From positions 24,284,299 to 24,348,298 of the forward strand of contig NC_134025.1 of NCBI RefSeq assembly GCF_964204645.1: a DNA stretch of 64,000 nt, read 5' to 3'. Each line of letters starts with the position of its first letter. Position 1 is the first letter of the stretch. Source of the DNA: Tubulanus polymorphus. Lineage: Eukaryota > Animalia > Nemertea. The notes beneath the pieces are model-generated. The model worked only from the letters and a program-made list of their open reading frames with translations, did no database searches and had not been told where the DNA came from. The position numbers and the translations under genes were made by a program. This document shows positions 25,401-40,400 of the stretch, piece by piece.

Positions 25401-28400
25401 ATTTTCAAGTTGTAGAAGTTGCGAGCAAACAGGCTCTGAAAAATGAAAACACATCATTCATCATTACATGTATATGAAGAATACATTTCTTTCAACCATC
25501 CAAATTTTGATAAGCTTTTTGTCTTACCAGGATGTATTTTCCAGTGTCCAGACCCTTCACTTCATATGGCAGAGCGTCTTCATCGTTTTTTAAAGTTTCT
25601 CCAACACCACTACTACAAATGTAAAGCAATCGACACATATCAATAAAATATACTATGAATTTACTGTGAATGCAATATTACACAACCTTGACAGTATGTT
25701 TTTAATAATTGCAAATGCATGTACATGGACATGTAATCTCAAAGCCTATAGGTACATACTTTGCTTCATTTTGGCAAGATCTCTCAACACACCTTTGAAT
25801 ATATCATATTGTAAAGGAAATATTATTTTCTATACACGCTTTTACGAAACATCTGCTAAAATTGTTTTCTAGTTTTATCTATCTAAACTATGAAAAGAAT
25901 TTCACAACTAGACAAATGATTACATTCCACATACTGGCACTTTCATAATTCAAACTTTCTTCACTATACTGAACTAAATACAATTCTTTGATAGAATACT
26001 GACATTGATTAATCTACATTTTAGTAGTTAGAGATTTAAAGCAAAATGTATGGGTAAAACATATACAAAACAACCGAGAGAATCATATACTGAGGAGTGG
26101 GGAAACTGAAATAAGGAAAATAAATAAGATACATGTCACAAAACTGAATGGATGTTGAGAGAGAATCACATATATACAACATCATGATATAGAGCCGTAT
26201 AATATAAACTAAGGCGCCACAATAACATACCAGCCGTACAGTTTGGCTAGACGTGAGAATCGGCGTTGCCTTTTCCATTGTTTTATGCTCTTGCTTTTCT
26301 TTTTATGGTCAATAGTCGGGTATTTGTTTTGTTGAACTGGCGCAGGCACCAGAGTTGATTGGTTATTGGAGTTGGTTGTTGGGGCAACGAATGGGACTAG
26401 AGCCATTGCCCTGAGAACAAGCACATAAGCAAAATGTGTCAGTACCCGGTGAGAGGGGATTTACAAAATATGTTTGGTTAGAAAAGAGTTATTCAGAGAG
26501 ACGGTTATTGTTAATACAGTCAACCCTTGATAATCCGCCACCCTTGGTTTTCCGCCCAAATCTTTAATCCCCGATTACAGAAATTTAGTTAACTGTCAAT
26601 AAAAATGAAGTTTATTTAATCAACCAGCCAATAAGAGATCGGTCCAAAGAGTGGAGGAATACTTAAGAGTTGACTATGCAATTGCATATTCATCCATGAT
26701 CAGTAAGTCAAATATATGAATATATACATGAAGTTTGACACTTACTCAGGAGTTAATGGTGTGGACTGCGTTGAATCAGGAGCTCCTTGTGGTGTCTCTG
26801 ATTCATCTGGTCTTGGTGACAGTAAGGATGGTTCACCTTCAGCTGTTTGTATTTCGCTGTCTCCCTCACTATAATCTGTACTAGACTGAGGGCTGACGCT
26901 CAATGGGGGTGCCTTCACTCTATAGCTAAAAGTGTACAAAAAAAAATTGCTGACTGAATAGATTTATTGTTTCTTGTAGGTTTGAATGTTAAAACTAGAA
27001 GACTAGAAAAGAAAAAGATGAGTAAGTAGATAAAGTACTGGTATCATTTATTTTCCATGAAATTTATCTATTTTTTCAAGAATTAACTGAATCTTAATAA
27101 ATTAAAAGTTTCGGCGTAAATATTTTTCTTGTTACCTGACTCCATCGGCGGTTTCATCTTTTACGATATCCATTCCGAAAGCATGCATCGGTCCATTTTG
27201 CTGGTCATCGAGGGCTAATTCGGCTGTGTCTATACCCTCCAGTGCTAGGTGTTGTTGAGCGGAGAGTATAGCAGCCGGTGGTATAGACATTCGGCGCACG
27301 TCGTGCATCGGACGATCCGTTCTATCACCCATCATCATCGCGATGATAAACCGTGCAAAAGTCCTACAATAGTGAAGTCAATAAGCTATATACAACAAGT
27401 CAGCATTTCCAAAAAGATATTAACATATCCAGTTATCATCACATCAGTGAATATGCCGTAGGATAAGAAAAATATGTATTTTAAGTATTTTACAAAAGGA
27501 TAATTCCATACTCTGTGCCCCTAAATAGTTGATATCCACCCAGAATTGCAAACCCTCCAAGTTGCTTACCATACAACATTGAACACAAATGTCAGCAATA
27601 GTATGCCAATCTTTGAGCATAGTTTCAGAATGGCCAGCATCAGTTGTCCAAATGTCATCTGTCGCATCGAATGGTACGAGTCTTTGATGTTCGTCCAAGT
27701 GAGGAATGACAATAGGAAAAAGATTCCATCTTTGATTCCACCAAACACAGCTTTTACTGTATCCAGCTTACTTCTACAAGTGAAAGCATTCAGAAAAATC
27801 GAAATCAGAAATCAGGACATCATTATCAATCCTCAGACATAGGTAGTTTCCCGATTACATTTAATCATGTATATGTAACAAAAACTTACTGCTCCTCAGG
27901 AAGTCCAGCTGCACTCCTCATTGCTGCAATTTGTGACATGCGGGCTGCTTGTTCCTCAGCACTTATACTAGCAGCATGCTGCATCTGTAAGTTAATTTAC
28001 ATTTAGATTAAATCCAAAACTTACTGATGATGTGTTTACTCTTATAGGAAATCTTTTTTTTTCAATGAGAATGCACTTGTATTGTATCAGACCAAATAGT
28101 TACCTCAAATATAGTATCCTCACAAAAGTTGACAAATGATTCCAATTTCTCTTTGTCTCCCCCTTCATTCACCACACTGTGCAAGAATGAACGCTTTGAA
28201 TCCTGAAAGAGTAAGTAAAACGATAATAGGGATGTTATTCATTATCTGTAGCGAAGTAAGTAGAGAAGAGCTACGATCCATCATGCTGTGTAAAAGATAA
28301 GTATGGTAAAAAAACTTAAGGAATGATGACGAACCTTGATTTGAGGAGCTTCCCACTGGTCAATGTGAGACTGCTTGATTTCAAAGTACACTCGTTCTAT

Positions 28401-31400
28401 TCGTCCTGAACTGCCAAGAATTTCAATTCGTCCGAGGTAGGGTTCGAAGTAATCCAGTACACATTTAGCTTTTTCGAGGAATCTCTCCAACCTGAGAAAA
28501 ATAAGGTGTACTAAATGATCAAAAACTTGTCTCAATCAGTCAATAATAATTCGGATCCATCATCACATGGATAAAAGGCGTATGCGTAGAATTAGGAACA
28601 ATACCTTGGATCATTCGGCATGTGTTCCGATAGATTTGACAACAGTACAGCGACGTTGAAACCAATGTCTTTGGCAGGGTTATGGAAGCGATCGGTAAAT
28701 TCGCAAAAGTCGACTTTTCCATCTTGGTTTGCATCGACACACATCATAATGTAGTCAATTTCTTCCCTAAATTCAAAGAAACAACGGATTCATTTGAGAA
28801 ATGATTAACTATTTTCATTTGAAAAAATTGATGGATGCATTACTGGATACTGTGTATTGACAAAATTCTAGGTAGAATTAAATCTATTTCATTCTCAATC
28901 ATTTTCAATACCTACCTCATAACATTTAATATGACAAGTATTTGTATAATAAATTGCACAACAGATTAATTAATGTTAAATATGATTTTAGCTCATTCTC
29001 TCGTGCATTTTAAGGACTGAACGTCTGTCAGATGCAAATTTACATCAGGGACTAGTTTCAAACCAGTATGAACATTATGCGGAACTTGATACTATGAATA
29101 AATAATTCAAAACTGGTTGAAAGCACTCGTTTAACCTTGCCAGGTGCAGACAGACATACAGTCAGTCATTTTACAGACATTGATGTGTAGAAATGTATAA
29201 GAACAGCAACGAACGATCAAACCCTGTTGAACCAATAGTGAAAAATGTTTTTGAACTTATACATTCCTATACATGTGCGGTGGCAATTCATTACAGCGTG
29301 TATAGATTACTGTTAGATTGTTCAGATTTTAGTTCCACGGAACTGTACTTAAAAATCTTGAATATTTCCATGAAATATTTACTGAATTATGTACCGACAG
29401 TCTGTGCATTAGAAATAAAAAACAATACGCCAGGATATGACTTAAACAAATTGAAATGTACTCCCATGTGTCTTGAACGAGGCACTAGCTATGCGCAGCA
29501 TTAAACTAATGGATTGAAACCACATTTTTTTGTTGTAAATCAAAAGAACTGATAAGCATTTCCAACAAACACTAGTTGATTGTTAATTCTAATCATGAAA
29601 TGTATTTAATTCAATCACACTAGAGCTAGCGGATCTTCAATTCAAGACTCAAAGAGGAGCAGCGCATGCAGGAAATAAGATGACATCATAGATGATTTCA
29701 TTTGAAATGTTTGTCTGCAGCTCTTTGACTATCAGAAAGTTGCACTTCAATCGTGAAATTTGAGGTGGTGTACCGAAAGTACCAAGTGGGGGGGGGGGGG
29801 ATATACTGTTTGAAGAGAGGACATGCGAGCAAACAAACAGTGTGCCCTCACTTACTCTGTGTAGACCTTCATAGTATCCATTGCATTACGGAACTCTTTA
29901 TGAGAAATAACACCATCACCGTTCTTGTCAAATTCCTACAGAATCCAGCGTACGAGTTTACACATACAGACAAACATAATTATGATGATTACATGAACAT
30001 GTACATGTGTGTGAACAAAGCATATACAAGTGCACATCTGTGTAATATATCCTAGCCACCGAATGTTATTATTCAATAGCCATACCATTGCTGAGAGCAG
30101 TATTTTTTTATCTTTCATAATAAATCTCTTGTATTTTTACAGTAGGACATTCGTTTGATAGGATAACGATGTACACTTCAATAAAAATCCAAATTCATGA
30201 TATGTGATTGAAAAAACTGCTCTCTCACTCGTCTAAACCACCAAAAGCAACTGAAAACAAGTCAGGATGAATGCGCTGGATCGATCATCTAGAGTTGTTA
30301 AGACGCAGTAAAGCCCGACACCAAGCTTTATACTAAGCCATGTACGAACCGAGTGTACATCTTCTGCGCATCCATCGCTCGGCGGAATTCTTTAGCCGAT
30401 ATAAAACCATCGTGATTAGTATCAAATTCCTGTAAATTGAACAACAAACAGCATGCATGTCTTATAACAGTTATGGCATTTTTAAAGGCCTATGAGACAC
30501 CACTCTCTGAAGTGGACCCAAATGTATCGTTGGGCTGCATGGGCATCGAATTGTGTACAAGAATAATATTCTAAACATTCTTCATCCATTAAATCCTCAT
30601 GTTTAGGCGAAAGTACGTATATAGCTATATATATTTCGTCGACGCGTTAAGCCATACTCTCCACTTCGTACAAATGCCAAGGTTTTATCTGGAAAGACTT
30701 CAAAACTTTCAAAGCCTTTTGGGAGGGCTAAAAAGCATATCCTGGATAACATGTAATGTATTTCATTAATTTTGTTTCCTACTTACCAGGAATGCTTCAG
30801 ATGATGTAAGATCTTTCATCTTCAGGAATATATCGAAGAATTTCAAGATCATCTAGTAAAATAAACAACACAGAATTTCATCAACAAAGATAGATGTAAT
30901 TAAAATGTGAAGCTGGATAGGATGATGACTTTTACTGGGTAGGACTGAGAGTTTCATGTCACTGATCTGGGTGGGTTTAAATGTTTTATTCGTAGAAATA
31001 TAGAAATATTCGATAAAATATTCGAAAATATAAATGGCATGCTGGTTGTTATATCATTGATCGATTGATAGGTTCGTTTTTCTAAACAGTTTACACCCGA
31101 GATTAATTTTCTAAAATTGACATCTGTACACATACATCCATGTTAGCTGATGACTCGACTAATGTATCAACCATCTGTTTACCGATTGGGCCATTCATTT
31201 CATTTCCTGGAATAAAAAGTGATTAATGTCAGTAACCAGGCCAGTGAGCGATATTTTTCCAGCGAAAACCAATATGGCACATGGCCTTTCCAGACTATTT
31301 ATTGAATGGACATAGAACCAACCGCTTACCTTCTAACATAGAGAGCAACATGATCATCATTTCTTTTTGTAACTTCATGAATTCTCTTAGCAATTCCAAT

Positions 31401-34400
31401 TGTTCGGGATCCTACAAACGAGTAATAACAAAATAATCTGACAGTTTTGGACATCTAAAAATTATTCTCTATACGGCGACGAATGATATTGGCTTTACCT
31501 TAGATAACTTATCTTGCATGTGGGCAAAGATGTAGAGGAATCCACCAACAGCATCCCACAGCCTACTGTGAGCAAGAGCCAATTGATTTTGGGAGCATGG
31601 ACCCTAAAATAAGACAACTCTCAATAAAAAACAGTTCATCGATCTTTCATCTGTAATTTTACTGTATTCATGGACTATAGATGGTTCAGGAAAATAAATT
31701 TTCAGAATTCCAGATATACTATTAAAATTCTTTGAAACAGCCATATACACATTTGTATACATCGAAATTAATACATCTACCGAAGCTAACTGGGACACAC
31801 CTGGATATATTCAGTCAATGTGTTGAACACCTGCGCAGCGACCATGATAGCGCGACAGAAATTCTCTTTTCCTGACTCATCAATTGTGTCTTTGCCAGAA
31901 TAATGCCAATAGAAATCCATGATTGATTCCTGTAGATTGGAAGAAAAAAGTACACAAACTTCTGACATTACAAAACCAATAAGCATCAATCTGTCATAGA
32001 GTCGATTGGAAATACTGAAGATATGACTCATAATAACTAGGATCTATTGCAAGTATATGTGCAGCAGACTCCAGACTTGGATATTACTCAAGTTGGACAC
32101 ATTTATATGGTCCGAAAAGATCCGACTTGAGCAAAGTATACTGTATAATGAAGTTTATACATATTTATATATATATATATATATATACATGTACTTCAAG
32201 ATATTGTACATGTACAGCATATTATGTTTCAGCAATTACACAACCCTGATCGAATGGAATTCTGATTGAATACCTGAAGTCTGAGAAGATAGTCAACAGT
32301 ACAAATGACCAGATTCACTGTCGTGTTATTGCCAGCTTGAGTGCGCAAGTAATTCTGCCATTCTGAAAATACAGACAAATGATTGTACAATGTCGTCCAA
32401 CGATCAGACATTCTTTATTTTACATTTCCTTCAGTTTGATCCAATAGAATATGCCTACCTAAGTTATGACCTTCACAGAGGAGTTGTAACAAACGGAACA
32501 GTTTACACGTGAATTCAGCATCGTGTAGATTCTTGACGCCCGCTGTTCCTTCCGAACCCATTCCTAGACCTTCAGCCTTGTTACAGCGCTCGAATGCATC
32601 CAAATCCAGCACACTGATAAGAAATAATTCGGCAAAGGTATACAGTATGTGAACTTAAGTCAACTGTGATGGTCACAATTTAGAACAGAACTCACCTGCA
32701 TTGCTGCATGAGACCAGCTACGGATGTAAAGAAGCCTACTTCTTTCTTTTCCTGCATGTGATTCAACATTTGCTGGAATTTTGATAAAATGAAAGCAATA
32801 CATTAACTCATGATAAACCTACCATAGTTAGCCTTTAGCTACTGGTAGTTATAACGAAGTGGCAGCAGAGTAAGTGACCACTAGTCGTACAGGAAGGGAC
32901 TTTTTCAGGAACATGTATCAAGGTGTTAAGAGGGATGCAGGATGTGCTAATGCTAAGTTATGTACTTTTAGAGGTTTATACGATTATTTTTCCATTCATT
33001 ACCTTTTGCACATCAATATTGCCACCACGCAACAATGATATACCAAGATCGATAGTCGACTCTACCATTGGACTCGTTTGACCTGAATTCCAAAAGAATC
33101 ATCTTGAAAAATGTTCTTAAATCCGTATTGAATATCATTTATCGTAATGTACAACAGGATTGCACATATTAAATGCCATTTGTATACTGATTATGTATCT
33201 AGGTCATGTTGATTCAGAAATGTTATTCAGTGCTGACAGCTGTAGGCTTGAATAACAGTTACACAATGAATGTACAGTATCAGAACAGCAGCACTGTGTT
33301 GATCAAATAACTCAATTTTTAAAGGTCTTCAATAGGAATATTTTCAATTCCCACTTTTAACACAATTTGATTCTTAATGTTAAAAACCTATAGCATTCAA
33401 GACGATCATATTTATTCACTTTCGAATACTACGCAGTGGGTATAAGAAATCAAGTAGAATGATAAATCAAAATGTAATGTACCTTTACATGCAGAGATAT
33501 ACAGTAAAACCATTTCAGATGCGCCACGGTCAGCAAGACGAGACTGTTCAAATAGTAACTTTAATTTCTCCATCTCTTGTTCCTAAAATATCAATGTAAC
33601 AAAAAATGATGAAACGATAAAAAAAATTAAGTCTTTGTTATTAATATCAGGAAATGTTTTGCTACATATAAGCCCAAAATAGAATGTAATATTCCACAAG
33701 ATTTCCTGCAAAAGAACATAGATGAATATCTGAAGTTATGAAATCATGTCAATCAAGCCTTGCAATGTAAAGTGTAGAAGATACTCAATAACATTTTTCT
33801 TTTAAAATTGGGATATAGGGTGATTTCGAGCTTTATTCGGATCTACGTAGATTATATAAATGAATGTTGATTTCAGTACTTTTTGCTGAAAAACAAAGGC
33901 CAAGCAAGTCATGGAATCAAAGGAGCCCTTAACTCAAGCTTAATACATTTACAAACACAGTATGCTTATTCCAGGGTATTGATTTACAATTCACGCATCT
34001 ATACCCGGTACGAACATAGAATTCAATGTTTTCCAAGATATCATACATGTACATGTACACATACACAGACAGTGAAGTCTCTAGAGTAATGTATGACACA
34101 GCAAACAACATAGAAATACCTTCATAGCGTGTAGTTTAATCTGCATGCAGAAAATACAAAATAAGATGAAGTAATTTCAATTGATGTATCTTCATATCAA
34201 TAACTTGTAGATTTTAAGCGACTAAAAGCGTGAAGTTTAGTTTTGAGGGTATACTGAGCTCTGTTCCTCATACTGTGTGAGTGTGACCTGCCATTAAAAT
34301 CAATGGATATATATCATCTACACCGTACCTGTATTGAAGCTCCCGTGTCCTCCTCGTCTTCCTCTTCTTCTTCCTCATCTTCTCCACTACAGCTTTTGCT

Positions 34401-37400
34401 CATGATGTCTGCGTAAGACATATAAAGGAAGTCTTCGGAGTTAGATTGACTGTGTTCGGTCGTTGCTGCCCGGCAGAACGCCGTTATTAGCTGTTTCAAA
34501 GGATCAGGTTTCTCATCAGTATCTGCTTCTTTCTTCTCTTCGCTTTCATCTTCACTTTTCTACAAATGATATTCAGCCGCACAAAGATACGCATAAATAT
34601 CATATATCAGAGGAGTGGTAAAGCATATGAGCGAAACAATGTAGGAGTACTTACAGTGAGATCTTCGATCATATCCAAGACACCCGATTCCTCTTTACCA
34701 AGCCACTGATCAACGTAAGATTTCAAGAACAAGTTGATTACCCTATGCCTGAAATAAAATCCACCATCCATAAGTGTTGGCTTATCTATCCGGAAATTCA
34801 TGCTGACTATAAGAAGAATGGCATCAGCACTACCAACGGAGGTCGTGCTCGACATTATTTATACATACTTTGGTGTAGCATGAAGTGGCACCATTCTGAA
34901 ACAAGCCATTACGGCTCTCTTCTTCTGAGATGATATCAGCTTTTTCCAAGCCCCTTTCAAAGATGGCGGAGGATGATCGACCTATTCGAATAAATAGATG
35001 TTTGTAAATGACGAACAGTGGCACATAATACACCATTATATCTGCTAGATATGTACTTACCAAGTAGAGACCATGGAGCACTTTAGCCATAGCAATAACC
35101 CTCTCAATCATCTTATCTTTATCAAGTACAACAGCACCGTCCAATTTCGTTTGCCCAATCTTTTTGTAAAGGAGCTTCTGCCATCGCATTTTGGCATCGG
35201 CATCGATCTAAATCAGAAGCAAAATTTCGTCAACTATAGCAAATTCATTTTCAGAGATATCAAGCGCCCTTGAAATGAATTTAGTGACCGAAATAATCAG
35301 CAAGTTAGGCCGACAAACCTTTTCTTCCATCTGAATGCACTGTTTCAAGTATTCTTCGATCTCTGACTCGGGTTCCTTCTGAAACATTGAGAGATCAGAA
35401 CCCCGTATATACCCAATGGTTAGTAATAAAACATGCATAGACGTATACATAAACTGAAGAGGGAACACAGGCAATCACGGAATACAGTACAATTCTTACA
35501 TTTGATCAAAATTTGATGAAATCTCTAATGTTTATGTTCAAAGAGCGATCTAATCGAAAAAGCAAATGAGTTTGTCCATATAAGTATACTAAGGTATAAA
35601 CCAGGGAAATATTTCTTAGATTCTCAATTACCGGTACCGTACGCGGAGATGATTGCCTATGACTGCGAAATAACGGGAATCATTCAGGTTGAAAAATAAC
35701 ATATATCGGAAAAATCTTTTCACAGATATCGCGTTCGTAGGGGCCTAAAGTGGCAATGAGGCTCCGATATTGTAATAAAAATCTTCAGTCATAACGACGG
35801 AAAATTTTTCTGACAAACAAAGAGGGATATGTTAATGATGTAGGATACGTGTAAACATGGGATATATACATGGAGCCTCATGTCCACCTTGAACATCCAA
35901 AGATATTGGCCACATTAATATTATATTTTCATCCTCAAAACGTTATGAACACTTTTTAAAAAGCTATGACAGGTTTGATTTAAATATATTTTGTTCATGT
36001 ACCGGTAGTCTAAAGTTGAGGGCTTGAGAAATGCAGAATTTCTACAGCTAAGATTTCTAAGCTAATTCTCATCTATAACTTTAGTGACTTATGATAGTTA
36101 TTCAAACCATTATCTATACATGTATATCTTTTATGTATATAAAGTATTATTCCAGCTAAGAGAACTAGCAATCAGATACTAAGTACATAACTTATTGATT
36201 ATGATAATGATAAGAACTATCAGGAGAAGTAATATTTGGGAGAACAACTACAGGACATGTGAGACGTTAACTTTGAATATTTCAAACAAACGTTTTTAAT
36301 GATTGATAGAGACAGCAAGAGTTAAAAACAAGATTTATGACAAACACAGTAGAACGTCAGTAACTGTAGCGGTGAGAGGCTGACACATGTACATTTATAT
36401 ATCTATTTAGTATCAATGTACATGTACATAAAAACCATACATTTATTATATTTCCTTTCTATCAACCACTAGGAACTCTTTATCTTCTTCAAAGATTTTC
36501 ATCCTCATAAAAACATCAGATAGTTTGTTTCGATTTTTGATGGGGAGTTGAAAAAATGTGAAGATTTTTGAAAAGACCCAAAACCACGTGCACTTTACGC
36601 ATTTGGACAGACACAGGAGGAGTGGTACCAGTAGGTATTTACTTTGTTTCGACAAGTTTCTTTAATATCTCTGTTACAAGTAACAATATCAACTAAACTT
36701 GTGGAAGAAGAAAATTTGCTGGTATAAACACATCTAACAATCTAGATTATTTAATTGGCTCACCCCATCATTGGCTAGCTAATGCAAAAATTGAATGTAA
36801 ACAATGAATATGTCATTTTAATAGATGCTTTTGTTAATACTCTATGCATAGTTTATATATCTTATTAAAATCATACTTCTACTACGTTTTACAATATTTG
36901 TTCATGCGTGTCACTATTACTCATAATGGGAAATGTAGGAAGAAGCTCTTCGTCCGAGTCATTTCATGGAAGAAAGATGAGATATCGGAACATGGAAACA
37001 GAAAGATTTATGACAGAACTTTCGTTTTCAGGCCCATGGAGGAACCCTAGTATGGTACGTCACAATAAAACTGGTCTCGATGAGTCCCAGCAATGAAACT
37101 TCTGAAGTCAAATTAAAGATGAATACCATCGATGACAAAAAATGATGCAAAAATGTTTTAAAATAATGAAATATGTATTACACATTCAAATGTAATTAAG
37201 AGCAAAAATGAAAACTGTTTAAAAACTTTAAATCTAAAAGAATGTACTGCATTAGGCCTAAGCAAAAATGAGTTAATTTATTAGTAGTGTTCTATTTCAT
37301 ACGTTGAATTGCAAGCGGATAATCGTAATTTGTATTATCGTGTACATCACATCTTGTGAGTAATGAATATGAAACTAAGTTTTAGTAAATCTCTGACGTA

Positions 37401-40400
37401 CACTAAGCAAGCACTATCTCAGTTAATTTCTTTATCTTGCAGCCATTCACATACCATTTTCAACATCATGAAAAATAATCACAGCCTGTTGTGAGCAGGA
37501 ATTCTTCTTTTGCTAATGGTTAGAATTCATGCATGCAGAAAGCGACTAACTTTTTTCACTCATGAAATTTTTAGTGGCGCGAATATGAAAATGGTACGGC
37601 TAAAAAGTAGCAAATTGAAACTAAACATAGGCACATCACTCACGCTATGGTATTCTTCTAGACTGCTGCAGTCTACAAAGGTATTCTGAAGAAGGAACCA
37701 AGACCTACGTATTTTGCAATGCCAGACAGAAATAAGCAGACACAAATTCTAAAAATACTTTACACCAAACACTTTTTTAAAATCTGTTTACACATTTTTT
37801 TTGGTACTTATATTATTTGGAGTAGAATGGGTGAAACATTATTATGAAAATGAGAAAGCTGAACTTAAAAATAAGAAAAGATCTTTGCAAAATAATCTGT
37901 GGAGCAGTGGGGCTGCTATTTAGAAGGTAATTTCTGGCAGCCATTCAACATAAATGATGTAAAAATCTAAAAAACACCAAAACTGAAATATCAACTAAGC
38001 ACACTTGCAAACAGTTCTAATCAAGGAGAATATTAGCAATTCAAAATGGTAATGACCAACTAAACTTAATGAAGATAGTCGTGGGAAGGCGAATTGTGCA
38101 ATATTTCAACTTGTGAAAGTATTTTGCTTAAATGGTTTGAATTCCTTTTGAGTTAGAAAAGAATATAAATGATGGAAAGTTGGATGAATTGAGGTGTTCA
38201 AAACTTTGACACAATACGTGTAGAAACATGTAGGGGCCAAGTAGTTGTCAGTAGACATGTGTAAGTACAGAAGTAAGTGAACTTTCATTTAAGCACTACA
38301 ATGGACAGTGGATACTACAATCATGGAAACAACTTAGGACAGACTCTTAAATTCAAAAATAAGCAAGTAGCTGGATGCTGTGAAAGGATTCTACATTGAA
38401 AGTGACTGGACAAGTTGTCTAATCATGCATTGATCAATGTACAGGCATTCTAAGTAGGTTATAGCTTCATAATTGAATGATTTGCTGTGAAAGCACACAG
38501 ATCTGTCATAGATTCTTTTAGTAAATATCTGGCCTACAACTAGCTGCTTGAAGTTTCTAAATTGTACAATAACGCTGTATTATATGACAATTACTTTTGT
38601 GTTACTAGTAAAACTAAATTTTCAAAATCTCTTAAATTTATGCTGCATCAGTCAAGCTTAGTTTTACTTAGTTAGCCAGGTTAATTTCAGTGTACCAGTG
38701 GTAATTCATATCATATTTGATTAACGAATTCATTAGCAATTACTATCATTCAGTTTTCGTTATCAGTTAGGTTAACTTTTATTTTGAGAATTGTCATCAG
38801 AAGTATGGTATTTCTTTGCATGTTGCATAGTTTTCTTCATAAATAAGAGATAATTTGCCGGAGGTCAAACCGTACCTGGATGAGGCGTTCTTTGGCCTGT
38901 TGAACTAATTCCTGTTCGCGGCCACCAAACAAATTCAAACCGATCGGCAACAAACGTTTCAGACACGCAACATTCAATGATGTATAGTTAGCAAGCTTTT
39001 TCTTTTCGCGTTTTCGTCCCTTTGTCGGAATGGCGTCATTTTTCTGACTCTCACCGCTGACCAGTCCTTTCGCATGAGTCGGCATGATGAGCGCCATGTT
39101 GTCGATTTCATGAAGAATGACGAAGTTCATTTCTTCCCGTTTGAAAATCTAAAAACAACAATTAAGGTACGGTAGAATTGAGGTAGTATACCCACAAAAC
39201 AGGACCCAGTTCCACAGTCAGATTCTAACTCAAGAGTCGCATCAGGGGCGGATGTAGGAAAATTGGAAGGCAGGAAAGAAGAAAAGGCATTTCTACGATA
39301 AAGCAGCTATGTCAAAGCCCACACTTGGGTCCATATACCTAGGGTTAGATATTTTTGAAGATATAAATCCATCCTAAAGGATGAATTTCCGAGAGAATGA
39401 GTCTCAAATCTATAGGTTTTAATGATATCTGTTTTGACGAAAAGGGCAACTTCAATGGGAAGGCAGGATTCTGGATCCCAAACCACCCCCTAAATCAGTG
39501 AGAAACTAGCTTAAAAAATGCAACAGCTTGAAATATACCATTTTGATATTCTTTATATATATCTTGAATTCTAATATATAAACCAAATATTCCGTGTAAC
39601 ATGCACTTATATGCACATGATTTGTTACTTACTGCTGATCTAGACCAGAAGTAGAAGATATCAGCGACACACGAGTACAACTGCTCGGCTTCAATCGATG
39701 GATGTTTCAACCAGTGAGAACGATGCAGGTCAACGTATTTGATCAGTAATGGATGGAACGCATACATATCTCTCACCAAAACTTGGAAATTCTGAAATTG
39801 CAGAAAATATTCCAAGCAATTAGGTAAAATCGTAAATTGAACCATACCAACATGGTTAACTAAGCGACATTTACCAATTGAACTTCTTCCTCCAAATCAC
39901 CGACATCTTGGTTACCACGTTTTAACGAATTATATTCCTCTTCTTCACGTTCCACAAATTTAGCATTCTCGAGCAGTTTTTGGGCAGCTGGTAAGATGTG
40001 ATCAGGAAGCATGTCTGGTGTTGAGCTACCAATAATTGGCTGTGTACGACCTACAAGTGATTATTTCATACATAGAGTTATGTGTAAACAAACACTAATT
40101 TATTGGCAGAACAATAATTCAAATCAACTTACTCGCAATTCTTGTCATCCATGGTGCATTTGGTGTTCCGATATTGTTCCTAACAAGTTTCAATACATTA
40201 CCAAGAACTGCATTCATCAGGTTAGCAGTGACTGTGGTCACGTGGTTTCTGAAAATTAACAATTATCTTGTTGAAAAAGACAAGCACTAGATTCTCTTGT
40301 TCTTGATTTTAATATGCACTGGTTTTGATAACTAGTTTCCCTATGAATATCACTACTTACCCTTCTTCACCCAGTACTACATTATCGGGACCTTGAGCCC

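Noticed and set aside
30657-30741. Possible third EF-hand exon copy
   Set aside because: No EF-hand similarity; available acceptors give a stop or the wrong phase.
39179-39188. tgaggtagta, identical to the let-7 5' end
   Set aside because: Match ends at 10 nt and there is no precursor hairpin.
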